Assembly (NCBI RefSeq): GCF_018350175.1
Contig: NC_058368.1
Coordinates: forward strand, 205,656,001 to 205,720,000
DNA: 64,000 nucleotides
Direction of reading: 5' to 3'
Origin: Felis catus
Taxonomy: Eukaryota
Below are positions 1 to 11,311 of the stretch, in pieces. The position numbers were made by a program, and so were the translations under genes. The notes beneath the pieces are model-generated. The model did no database searches and was not told the origin of the DNA. It saw nothing but the letters and a program-made list of their open reading frames with translations. How positions within the stretch are numbered: position 1 is the first letter of the stretch; the number at the start of each line of letters is the position of its first letter.

Positions 1-94
1 TTTTAGCATAATGGATACTACCATGGCTCCAGAGACAGCAGGTTATCCAAGACTGGTTGATCTGAGAATCACATCTCCCTTTCTATAGAGATTG

Positions 95-880
95 GTTTAT
101 GGATGGCACAAGACCTGAGCCAAGGTGATTTTTTTTTCCAATCAGAGAAAATTCCAGAACTTTTGCTTTACTTACTGACTCATTCTCTTGACTGTGGGCT
201 TAGACCTGGAAAGATAGAAGCAGGGAGTTGCTGACAGCCATTTTGTCAACATGAAGAAAGCCTCTCTGAAAAGGGAGCAACACAGAGAAAAGCAGAGGCA
301 ACATGGAAACAGAGATCAGTCCTGGTGACAATATTTGCAAGATTAAGCCATTGCTGATTTTTATTTTAATTCCAGTATAATTCATATATAGTGTTATTTT
401 TTTTTTTGTTTCAGTGTACACAACAGGGATTCAGGAATTCTTTACTCAGTGCTTATCATGGTAAGTGCCCTCTTAATCCCCTTCACCTACCTGCCTTCCC
501 TCTGGCAACCACCAGTTTGTTCTCTATATTTAAAAGAGTCTGTTTTTTTTTTTTGTTTGTCTCTTTTTTCCTTTGTTTATTTTGTTTCTTAAAATCCACA
601 TATTAATGAAATCATATGGTATTTGTCTTTCCCTGACTGACTTATTTTGCTTAGCATTACACCCTCTAGATCTATCCATGTTGTCGCAAATGGAAAGATT
701 TCATTCTTTTTTATGGTTTAGTAATATGCCATTGTATATATACTGCATCTTCTCTATCCATCTATTGATGGACACTTGAGCTGCTTCCATATAAGCCATT
801 CCTGATTTTTGATTATGTGAGTCTATGGTCCTTATGTGCTCAGGTAATTTGATATGTGTTTTCTGTCACTTGCAACTGAA
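95..880 (+). mobile_element. Degenerate MaLR LTR (MLT1J/K/L-like), split by an L1 fragment
   Basis: MLT1-like motifs 'gacagccattttg', 'gcaacacagagaaaagcagag' and 'cctggtgacaat', and the terminal 'ttttctgtcacttgcaactgaagagt'. Interrupted at 358-791. Confidence 0.55.
358..791 (-). mobile_element. 5'-truncated carnivore L1 3' end (ORF2 tail + 3' UTR)
   Basis: Reverse complement matches the L1 3' end also seen at 4913-5320. Flanked by TSD taagccatt(g/c)ctgatttt at 344-361 and 792-809. Confidence 0.9.
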
Positions 881-2465
881 GAGTTTGGTACCTAGAGGTT
901 GGAGTCTTGTCTACAGTGATGCTGAGGCTCTCCCATTTTCTAGATGCTCTCTTCACTCCAGATCATGTGATTTCATCCTTTCAGGTGGCCTTTTTGCCAT
1001 TCTGGCTCAGGACATTTACATTCTCAGAATCTGGCTCCCATGGCAGGGAGAAAAGAAAACAGAATCAGATCAAGATGGGGAGAACATTGATTCTCTCTAA
1101 GATTATGGTCTCTGGTGACCCCTAGACATGCTTAGATTGCTCAGCTCCTCTTTAGTCCTTGGGAACATACCCAGATAGTTAAGGGGCAAACGGCCTTAGT
1201 CAAAAAGAGCAATTTGGGTTTGAGAATACCAGAAGTAATGGACTAGCACATTATGTCCTGAACTTGGGTTTTAAAATATGACATAAACTAGACATATTAA
1301 TCTAAGCATTTTTTCCGTGTTGCCATGTTTCTTAAATTGTTCCTCTTGCTGCCTTTTCCCACTGGATGCACAGTTTCATCAGATTATGAATGGTTTCTGA
1401 AATAAAGTGCTAAGTACTCCATGTCACAAGGTGAGGGATAACTTTATTTCCTAAAGTAATTTTGAAGAAACCAAGTTTTCATGGCAAGGAATATTAAGAA
1501 CTATTATAATATTACCTACCTCGTTGTGTTCCCTGCATCTGATTTTATCTCAAGTGTTTAGCTCCTGAAATACTAGAAGGACCTAATTAGGAGACACATT
1601 TAGTTTTAGTTAGTCTCATATTGTAGATTCCACAAGTCACTTAGGAGAAAAGTAGAATTGTACATACTAGTTCACCTATGGTCTTGCTATGCATAACATA
1701 AATAGCTTTCCATTTCCTTGGGATGTCATATTCTATCATTTTCGTGTCTGTAGAAGAAATCACTGTAACAATTTCTGTACCTGGACAGAAAAATGACCAA
1801 CATTTCATAGTATAAAGTCCAACTGTCTCATAAATTGAAATGTTAGTCAGTAGATAAAATTTGAAAATGCAGTCCAAAAGAGGGCTTGATATAATTAATG
1901 TCCTTTTATTTCTTTTGAAAATAGTATAATCTTATGATTCCTGGGGAAGGTCATGTTTAACTGCTTTGCTCAAATGTCACAATAATTTCAGAATACTGCA
2001 TAAATACCATTTGGGTATCAGTTTCTTCCATGAAACAATTTTCCCCAATAACCTGAAACTCCCTCTGAGCCACAATGTCTAACTTTCTTTAATATTAGCA
2101 TAAAACTCAATTTTAGGGGAAAGAAATAGCAAAGAACAAATGGCACTCAAATCTGGAGAATGTGCGCTTGGTTATGTGCTCTTTTTTCTTCTACTTTGTT
2201 ATCATTTCTTGCTAATATAGAAACATGGGGACACGTTACTTCCTTACTTTCTTAGTACTAAATGTGCCCCAGCTAGGATGGTGCACCATCCACTGGTATG
2301 TGGAGACCACCTTCATTTGTCACTGTCAACAGAGTCACACAGAATTCTAGAAAATTCTGAGTATGTCTCAGCATGATTAAACCATCCTGACTTATCTTTT
2401 GTGAGCAACAAGACACTTTCAGCTGAAAGCTCAAGGTTATTTCTTGCATTTAAAAATATGGTTCA

Positions 2466-2688
2466 GGGGCGCCTGGGTGGCTCCATCGGTTAAGTGTCCG
2501 ACTTCGGCTCAGGTCATGATCTCACCGTCCGTGAGTTCGAGCCCCGCGTCGGACTCTGTGCTGACAGCTCAGAGCCTGGAGCCTGCTTTGGATTCTGTGT
2601 CTCCCTCTCTCTCTGACCCTCCCCCATTCATACTCTGTCTCTCTCTGTCTCAAAAATAAATAAATGTTAAAAAAAATAAAAAATAAAT
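2466..2688 (+). mobile_element. CanSINE (SINEC_Fc-type)
   Basis: ggggcgcctgggtggct head with A/B boxes, (CT)n linker and aataaa/poly-A tail. Imperfect TSD aaaaatatggttca / aaaaacatgattca. Confidence 0.97.
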
Positions 2689-3429
2689 AAAAACATGATT
2701 CAGGGAAAGAAATAAGCTGTAATGTGCTATATGAAATGCAAAACCCAGCTAATTAAGTAATATTTTAAAATCTAATCCTTTAACATTTAATAAATATAGA
2801 AATTATTCTAACACACACACCGTGTACCTACTTAGGTTGGTGAAATTCAACATAAATATATGTACACACCTAGATGCATATCATTGGGAAAGTAAATATC
2901 TTGTGTTGTTTAAACAAATAAGTTAGAAGATAATTTCTTACATACCAGAGGCCCCACCTGGAGCTTTATTAGTGTTCTCTTTGAGTCTTAAGCATGTCTG
3001 ACCTCATCCAGAGTTCTGTAGGAATGGGCTTGCCAGGTGTCCACTTGCATAGATGATGCTGGGGTCCCCTAGGACAGCATACATCTCAAGGAAACTGCCA
3101 GAGACTCAAAAGATCATAAAAAGAACAGTACTCTGAATTAGAGGGGAAAGAGTGATTTGAGTACAATATCGAATCTGTCATGAAAATTGCATCCCTACCT
3201 AAAAATGGTAAAAAAATCTTCCTTGCCAAAGATTTGGATCTCAGTCTTAGAGTAAATGTGACTTTGAGATTTTTTTAAAAAGCTATGTATTTACCCAAAG
3301 AATACAAAAATACTAATTCAATGGGAAACATGCACCTCAGTGTTCATGGCAGGATTATCTACAATAGCCAAATTATCAAAAGAGCCCAAGTGTCCATCAA
3401 CTGATGAATGGATAAAGAAGTGATATGTA

Positions 3430-4590
3430 TGGCACAAAAACAGACACATAGACCAATGGAATAGAATAGAAACCCCAGAACTAGACCCACAAACGTATGG
3501 CCAACTCATCTTTGACAAAGCAGGAAAGAACATCCAATGGAAAAAAGACAGCCTCTTTAACAAATGGTGCTGGGAGAACTGGACAGCAACATGCAGAAGG
3601 TTGAAACTAGACCACTTTCTCACACCATTCACAAAAATAAACTCCAAATGGATAAAGGACCTAAATGTGAGACAGGAAACCATCAAAACCTTAGAGGAGA
3701 AAGCAGGAAAAGACCTCTCTGACCTCAGCCGTAGCAATCTCTTCCTCGACACATCCCCAAAGGCAAGGGAATTAAAAGCAAAAGTGAATTACTGGGACCT
3801 TATGAAGATAAAAAGCTTCTGCACAGCAAAGGAAACAACCAACAAAACTAAAAGGCAACCAACGGAATGGGAAAAGATATTCGCAAATGACATATCGGAC
3901 AAAGGGCTAGTATCCAAAATCTATAAAGAGCTCACCAAACTCCACACCCGAAAAACAAATAACCCAGTGAAGAAATGGGCAGAAAACATGAATAGACACT
4001 TCTCTAAAGAAGACATCCGGATGGCCAACAGGCACATGAAAAGATGTTCAGCGTCGCTCCTTATCAGGGAAATACAAATCAAAACCACACTCAGGTATCA
4101 CCTCACGCCAGTCAGAGTGGCCAAAATGAACAAATCAGGAGACTCTAGATGCTGGAGAGGATGTGGAGAAACGGGAACCCTCTTGCACTGTTGGTGGGAA
4201 TGCAAATTGGTGCAGCCGCTCTGGAAAGCAGTGTGGAGGTTCCTCAGAAAATTAAAAATAGACCTACCCTATGACCCAGCAATAGCACTGCTAGGAATTT
4301 ATCCAAGGGATACAGGAGTACTGATGCATAGGGCCACTTGTACCCCAATGTTCATAGCAGCACTCTCAACAATAGCCAAATTATGGAAAGAGCCTAAATG
4401 TCCATCAACTGATGAATGGATAAAGAAATTGTGGTTTATATACACAATGGAATATTATGTGGCAATGAGAAAAAATGAAATATGGCCTTTTGTAGCAACG
4501 TGGATGGAACTGGAGAGTGTGATGCTAAGTGAAATAAGCCATACAGAGAAAGACAGATACCATATGGTTTCACTCTTATGTGGATCCTGA
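3430..4590 (+). pseudogene. L1 ORF2p C-terminal region (post-RT and CCHC zinc-knuckle domains), open but lacking the start, endonuclease and RT domains
   Basis: Frame is open from [14 protein letters not shown] (3430) to the stop at 4590. Contains [25 protein letters not shown] and YTMEYY, all typical of L1 ORF2p. Confidence 0.95.
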
Positions 4591-4848
4591 GAAACTTAAC
4601 AGGAACCCATGGGGGAGGGGAAGGAAAAAAAAAAAAGAGGTTAGAGTGGGAGAGAGCCAAAGCATAAGAGACTGTTAAAAACTGAGAACAAACTGAGGGT
4701 TGACAGGGGGTGGGAGGGAGGAGAGGGTGGGTGATGGGTATTGAGGAGGGCACCTTTTGGGATGAGCACTGGGTGTTGTATGGAAACCAATTTGTCAATA
4801 AATTTCATATAAAAAAAATAAATAAACATGAAACACCAAAAAAAAAAA
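3431..4848 (+). mobile_element. Young felid L1 (L1_Fc-like), 5'-truncated, about 1.4 kb
   Basis: Uninterrupted ORF2 segment, G-rich 3' UTR, aataaa and poly-A. Perfect 17-bp TSD aaagaagtgatatgtat at 3414-3430 and 4849-4865. Confidence 0.97.
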
Positions 4849-6704
4849 AAAGAAGTGATATGTATATAATATTCTTTTTATGGCTGCATAATATTCCATT
4901 GTACTATATAATAATGGGATATTACTCAGCCATAAAAAAGAATGAAATCTTGCCATTTGCAATGACGTGGATGGAGCTAGACAGTATTATACTAAGTGAA
5001 ATAAGTCAGTCAGAGAAAGACAAATACCATATGATTTCACTCATATGTGGAATTTAAGAAACAAAACAAATGAACAAAGGGGAAAAGAGAGAGAGAGAGA
5101 GAGAGGCAAACCAAACCAAGAAACAGATTACAGAGAACACACTGATGGTTACCAGAGGGGAGGTGGATGGAGGGATGGGTTAAATAGGTAATGAGGATTA
5201 AGGAGGGCACTTGGGATGAACACTGGGTGTTGTACAAAGTGTTGAATCATTACATTGTGCACCTGAAACAAATATTACACTGTATGTTAACTAACTGGAA
5301 TTTAAATAAAAACTTCTAAAAAATGACTCCATTTTAAGAAACACTTAAAAATATGTCAGCTTATGAAAAGGCTATGAAAATTTTCAATTGTGAATTATCA
5401 CTGTAAAAGAAAAACTTCATTTTTTACTATGGTAACAGATATTTAAAAGTAATTTTTTAAATAAAAATTATTAACAATTTCCTGAAAATAAAAAGCTATT
5501 TTGTAATGATCTCAGTTAGTTGTGAAGAGGTCGTCACCTGAAGGTAGTGTTGTTTTATAGCTTATGTTAAATTTTAGCTCAGATGGGAGAAGAGGACATC
5601 CTTTATTAGGAAATACTACTGTTGAATATTCAAATATAGAATAGACACAGTCGCTTGGACTAGTGATTGAAACAACCTCCACCTGGAGTGAAGAAGCAGG
5701 ACAAGGCTCAGCCTTCAGAGGACATCAGTGATGTCTCAGTAGCATTGGTGACTTCAGCGGACTGAGGCTGTGCTTCGGCAGGATTCATTTTTGAACCTTC
5801 AGCATCCAAAGGTGGCATGGTGCCAGTTGGTGGAAAGTTCTCACGCGAGCATCTGGAGTCTGGGTCAGAAGTAAGAAGAGAAAAATGGGAGGTTCAATAT
5901 GTGATTATAAGAATCTGACAATCAAAAGTACAGAAACCACACAGAATCTTCATAAATAGACAGTGTGTTACTTTGGCACAACTGTGGGGAGAAGAATTAC
6001 TGTCCTGTAACTGCACTTGGGCACCTGATTTCCCTTCAATGTCGAAGCAGTCTGGGAAATATATCTACCCTTTCATTTAAAAAAAAATTCATCACTTGAA
6101 TAAAAGACTCATCTCAGTGTCATTTGGACGATGAGAATGTATGTGATTGTCTTTACCAAAATACTTGAATTAGGGAGAATTTTCCCAGAACATCTCACTT
6201 GTGAAGACTGAGAACTTTTCATGCTTTTGATTGCCACGGCAACCACCCATGGGAAAGGGGATTGGAAACTAGGGACTTTTACCTGAAGATTAGAAAGTTA
6301 TCTCAAAGTAATTTTGTTAGAAACAGAGATGGACACACATGTGCTCCTTCTCTCTTCATATATCTAAGAGTATATGGGTAGTACTTTCTGGACACTAGAG
6401 CATTAATGGAACATTATTCCATAATTTATATGAGGATATCAACAGCTTATGAAAGAAAATTTTGAAGATAATTCAGTATAAAGAGTGTGTGAAAATAATT
6501 GCCTAATCTTTATAATGGTAACATTACAAAATATTAGACATTCCTTTAAGTATTTCTTTTCAAAGAGGCCCCAATTTCTGTTATAATTTAGTGACTTTTT
6601 CACTATAAATTGAAGAGGGCTTAGTAGTTATTAAACTACAGACCATTAAATTCATCTGATTAGAGTTGTTTAAATTATCAGTACGATATTTCCTTCTTTA
6701 AAAG

Positions 6705-6975
6705 AATTTTTAAGAAACAAAACAGATGAACATAGGGAAAAAAATAGAGGCAGACCAGAAAACAGACTCTTAACTATCTATAGAGAACAAACTGAGGGTT
6801 ACTGGAGGGGAGGCGGGTGGGGAGATGTGTTAAATGGGTGATGGGTATTAAGGAGGGCACTTGTGATGAGCACTGGGTGTGTATGTAAGTGATGAATCAC
6901 CAAATTCTGTACCTGAAATTAATATTACACTGCATGTTAACTAACTGGAATTTAAATAAAAACTTGAAAAAAAAT
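6705..6975 (+). mobile_element. Carnivore L1 3' UTR fragment
   Basis: 'gagaacaaactgagggtt...gagcactgggtg...ctaactggaatttaaataaaaac' followed by an A tail. Possible TSD taaaagaattttt / taaaaggattttt. Confidence 0.9.
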
Positions 6976-7060
6976 AAAAGGATTTTTGTAATCCTGTTTA
7001 GTACTGACCATTTAATGAGAAAAATAAATCAAGATTTCAAATGGCTTAAAAGAATGAAAA

Positions 7061-7440
7061 AATACTGCAATAACATGGGAGTGCAGACATCTCGTGATTT
7101 CAGTTCTTTTGTATATATACCTTTGATTTGCAACAACAGGGATGAACGGAGAGGGTATTATGCTAAGCTAAATAAGCTAAACCGAGAAAGACAAACACTG
7201 TACGGTTATCACTTATATATGAAATCTTAAAAAAAATGCAATTTCATAGAAACGAGAATAGAAAGGTGGTTGCCAGGGATTGTGGAGGAGTGGGAAATGG
7301 AGAGATGTAGGTAGGTCAAAGGGTACAAACTTACAGTTGTAAGCATAAGCACTGAGGATCTAATGTCTACAGAGTACTACAGTTAAAATGCAGTATTGTT
7401 TACTTGAAAGTTTCGAGAGTAGATCTTAAGTGTCATCACA
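7061..7440 (+). mobile_element. Old L1 (L1MA/MB-like) 3' fragment with a short inverted segment at 7061-7121
   Basis: 'atttgcaacaac...attatgctaag...gaaagacaaacactg...ggttgccaggg...agagtagatcttaag'. The first 60 bp are antisense ORF2 sequence. Confidence 0.75.
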
Positions 7441-7482
7441 TTTTTCTTTTAAGAGGATATGTTTTTTTCCATAGGAATAAAG

Positions 7483-7855
7483 GAATATGATCTCACTTAT
7501 ATACGGAATCTAAAAAGAACTGAACTCAGGAAAACAGAGGGTAGAAAATGGTTGTCATGGGTGGAGGGCGGGGCAAATGAGGAGGTTTTGCTCAAAACAC
7601 ACAAAGTTTCAGTTTTGTAGGATGAATAAGTTCCGGAGAGCTATAGTTAATAGTAGTCATTTGCTAAAAGAGTAGATCTTATGTGTTCTCATCACATACA
7701 TATACAAATGGTAATTATGTGAGATAATGGGTATGTTAATTATCCTGATTATAATCTTTGTAAAGAAATCTCACAATTTGTATGTATATCAAAATGTTAC
7801 CTTGAATATATACAATTTTTATTTGTCAATTATACCTCAGTAAAGATAGGAACAA
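7483..7855 (+). mobile_element. Old L1 (L1MA-like) 3' UTR
   Basis: 'atgatctcacttatatacggaatctaaa...agagtagatcttatgtgttctc...ccttgaatatatacaatttttatttgtcaattatacctc'. Confidence 0.8.
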
Positions 7856-8394
7856 AGTTTTAATTACATTTAAAAATGACATGGTTCATGTGGTACTTGA
7901 ATAACAGAAATATGAATATTAAGAAACAAGTAATAAGCCTCCCATAGAGTAACTAAAATTTCTGATATTTTAAACAAAGTTCATCTGTCACTTGTGACTG
8001 CTTCAAACATTTTACTGGCAAGCAAGTCTATTCAGCCAATAATGATGTGGAGATTCAGATATGAAAAGAGGGGATTTAAGTGACTTGCTTTTTAAAGAAA
8101 ACAATGAAACATGGCTTGCAATAATAAAAATCTGGGGTTTGAGTTATGGGACTTGCTGGTCCCTCTTTCGTCTGTACAGTTCATTCCAGGGCTTGCTGTA
8201 TTCCATTTACTTCTCATAAGGAAATTAAAACAGGGTACTGGGGTTGAGCAAACATGTCTCAATAAAGCATTAGAGAGCCCAGGAAAATTTAACGTAGAGA
8301 AGCAAATGCATTTAATAAAAACGTACTAATTGCTTATCCCTTCTCCATCTTATTATTGTTCTTTGCCCTTCTTTCTTTTCCATCTATCCTAACT

Positions 8395-8675
8395 CCCTTG
8401 GTCATTGCCTCTGGTCCCATGGCCTCAAATACCACCTACATGCTGACTGACGACTAATATGTACATATGGCTTTGACCTCTCCCAGAAACATTTCCACGT
8501 GGATGCCTAAGAGATGTTTCAAGCATTAACATGGTAAAAATGAAACTCCTACTCTGACTGCCCTCATTCCCCTTCCTCCTGAAACCTGCTGCTTAGGCTT
8601 TCTTCCTCACTAAGTCAGTGATAATTTCATCCTTCATTCGCCTAGATCAAAACCATTGCAGTTATGCTTCTCTCT
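8395..8675 (+). mobile_element. L2 fragment (RT region)
   Basis: 'cccatggcctcaaataccacctacatgctgac' is a decayed YHLYADD motif; followed by 'atttccacgtggatgcctaa...aaatgaaactcct'. Confidence 0.75.
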
Positions 8676-9711
8676 GGCCATCGCGAAGGGGACGTGATGT
8701 CTAACATGGGGGAGGAAGATGGAAGGCATACACAGATGGAGAAGGAGCCAATCTCATCTTAGGAAATTCACAGGAAGCCTCAGAGAATATGTGTTCCAAG
8801 GAGACGTTTGACAGTGAAAACTCAGGGCTGGGTGTGACTTTTTTTTTTTTTTTTTTTTTTTAACCAAACAGTGCCATATTGGCTTCAGGAGTAGAATTCT
8901 AAGAAGAGTCCTGTAGTTTTAGACATCTGCTGCTTTCATCAGGTGTGCGGATGAGGGAGACAAAGCCATGATGAAAGTTATATTCTAAATGAGTAGCCTC
9001 CTCCAGGAGGGGTTGTTTCACAATGTTTTGGAGAGTCTGACTCTGAACACACTCAAGTGTTGCCAACGGTGAGGCGCACAGCAATGTCTGTTTTTGGTGA
9101 CACTGAGAACAAGGCTTCTGATGATGGTCTCACCCACGGTGTGCCCTGCGAAACCCAACACCTGTGACTGTTCAGTCTTCTGTTATTGTGGAAATAATTA
9201 TACTATTCATGGAACACAATAATCTGCAATATTTCTCAGAGGAAAAAGAACACATTCTGCCTCTCGGTTCAATTTCCAGAGCAAAATTCAACAGCTTCAC
9301 TGTTCTACAGGAAAAACACACCAAAAGCAAAACACACTGACAACTCACATAAACAGAAAATGGCTATGGATCTCACTGAATATATTTATTTTTAATTTTC
9401 CCTCCCACGTGTCTTTTGTATAGATACAGTGTATTTTAAAAGCTGGCATTCAACCTACTATAACTATTCACTGTTCCACGCAGTCGATGATCATTCATTT
9501 TCCATGTACCGACAGTGCTTTTGTATGGATACGCTATGATCAATGGAACAAAATTGGAGTTTTCATTTGCCCTGAGATTTAGTAGTTAGGTGCCACTGGA
9601 ATATAGGATGTGTAAGAGTTTACTTGTGTCTAATCTGATTGGGACTCTGGCTAAATATCAAGCAAAGGAATACAGGAGCCAAATTTATTTATTTATTTTT
9701 GGTTACTTATT

Positions 9712-10190
9712 ATATTAAGAGGGCTAAGCACTTTAGGTCTATTTTTCACTGATCCTCAAAAACAACCCTAAGTAGATAGTACTGTTACTTTAGTACTACG
9801 ACTACTGTTACTTTTTTTTCTTAAAAAAATTTTTTTTTAACGTTTTATTTATTTTTGAGACAGAGACAGAGCATGAACGGGGAAGGGGCAGAGAGAGAGG
9901 GAGACACAGAATTGGAAGCAGGCTCCAAGCTCTGAGCCATCAGCCCAGAGCCCGACGCGGGGCTTGAACTCATGGACCGCGAGATGTGACCTGAGCTGAA
10001 GTCGGCCGCTTAACCGACTGAGCCACCCAGGCGCCCCTACTGTTACTTTTTAGATAGTCCTGCTTTATAGGCAAGGACAATAGGTTTCATAGAAATTTAA
10101 ATGGTTTGCTTGGCAGAGTCAGAATTTGAACCCAAGTCTCTTCTTTTACTTCAAAGCCTATGTGCTTATGTGCTTGGCTACTGCACTAAG
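9712..10190 (-). mobile_element. MIR, split by a CanSINE
   Basis: 'gctaagcacttta...tcctcaaaaacaacccta' and 'ggcagagtcagaatttgaacccaagtct'. Confidence 0.7.
9817..10036 (-). mobile_element. CanSINE (young SINEC_Fc-type)
   Basis: Full antisense SINE. TSD ctactgttacttttt at 9802-9816 and 10037-10051. Confidence 0.97.
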
Positions 10191-10201
10191 GTGCTTCCCC
10201 A

Positions 10202-10202
<1 letters not shown>

Positions 10203-10232
<30 letters not shown>
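10203..10232. repeat. (CA)15 microsatellite
   Basis: Perfect CA run. Confidence 0.97.
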
Positions 10233-10233
<1 letters not shown>

Positions 10234-11311
10234 GGGAAAGAATAAAACAAAGGAGTGACCCGAAGAAATGTAAAGAAAGATGACCTGCCTTCCTTTCTAG
10301 GGGGCTTGGAGAACACCCAAGGTGTAGACAGAGGAGGACTAGCGTGACAAAGAGTCAAGTCAGCTTTGACTTCTACTTGAATGTTTTGATGGCTTAAAGC
10401 CAGGCCTCAGTGAAAGTGGAAAAGAGAATATGGGAAGAAATATAGCTATTTAAAAGAAAATGATTCCCAGGCTATTTCCCAGGACAAAGAGAGCTTGCCA
10501 TGGTCTTCATGTCTTCTACCATTCTGGCAGAATTATCGGTGGGGCTAGAAGAAGAACAAAGGAAATGATGCTTCAGCAATTTAACTCATAAAATGGGCTG
10601 GAAACCAGAGTCCGTGGATTTACAGTCGGAAAGAAGTGGTTTGGGAGTTTGACATCCTAATGGCTTCAGTATCCTGAGTGAAATGTATTTTCATCCTGCT
10701 ATAATTGAGGATCTGATTACAGTTACTGGCTGTTAGTTATTTCAAGTTTGGTTTGACCGAAATGGAAGAAAATTCCCAAAGTTTTGCCATTCATTAATGA
10801 TGCAAAACTACTTTGGGAACACGTTTCTCTCTTTCAAGGTCAAAATTCTTCTTGCCTTTTTGTTGCCAAAAGGGCCTGTTAGGGGAGAATAACAAAGTTA
10901 ACAGGATGTCTTTGGCTAATTAATTATAATTTTCTAATAACTCATTTAAAAAGAAGTAATTGGCAAAATCTAAAAATGGCTAATTTGTCTGCCTGCCTGT
11001 ATAAGTAAAACGTTGCATTGTCCTTGTAGGTTGTGAATAAAGAAATAGTTATGTGCATGTTTAGTATTGATGCTTAAGGAATTACATAAGAGCCTGATGC
11101 CAGGATGTATAATGTTTAGGCCCAAAGGTCTATTTTAAGTGTTATGATTAGGAATCACTCGTTCAGAACCAGGATACAAGCAGGAATTAATATTAGTTTC
11201 ATTGTCATTTTTGTGAAAGTGAAAATTGTTTCCTAAATTAAAGAGCTTAGTTGCATAGATATGTTGAATCACACACATAAGAAACAAATGCTTTTTTGTA
11301 AAAAAAAAAAA

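Larger units (their letters stand above)
3283..5323 (+). mobile_element. Older carnivore L1 3' fragment (3283-3430 and 4866-5323), host of a younger L1
   Basis: Decayed ORF2 C-terminus resumes after the nested insertion. It continues through 'gagaaagacaaataccatatgatttcactc' and the 3' UTR to 'ggaatttaaataaaaac'. Confidence 0.9.

Noticed and set aside
3601..4590. 329-aa ORF as a functional gene
   Set aside because: It is the C-terminal part of L1 ORF2 in a 5'-truncated copy. The track's start is a TTG, and there is no promoter, endonuclease or RT domain.
8838..9170. T24 run as the poly-A tail of a minus-strand retrocopy
   Set aside because: No polyadenylation signal at the expected distance, no convincing TSD (only tgtgact) and no recognisable ORF.
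9486..9545. Hairpin as a SECIS element, IRE or canonical snoRNA
   Set aside because: No SECIS apical AA at the right spacing, the CAGTGC loop lacks the 5-bp IRE upper stem, and no clear H box or C/D boxes are present.
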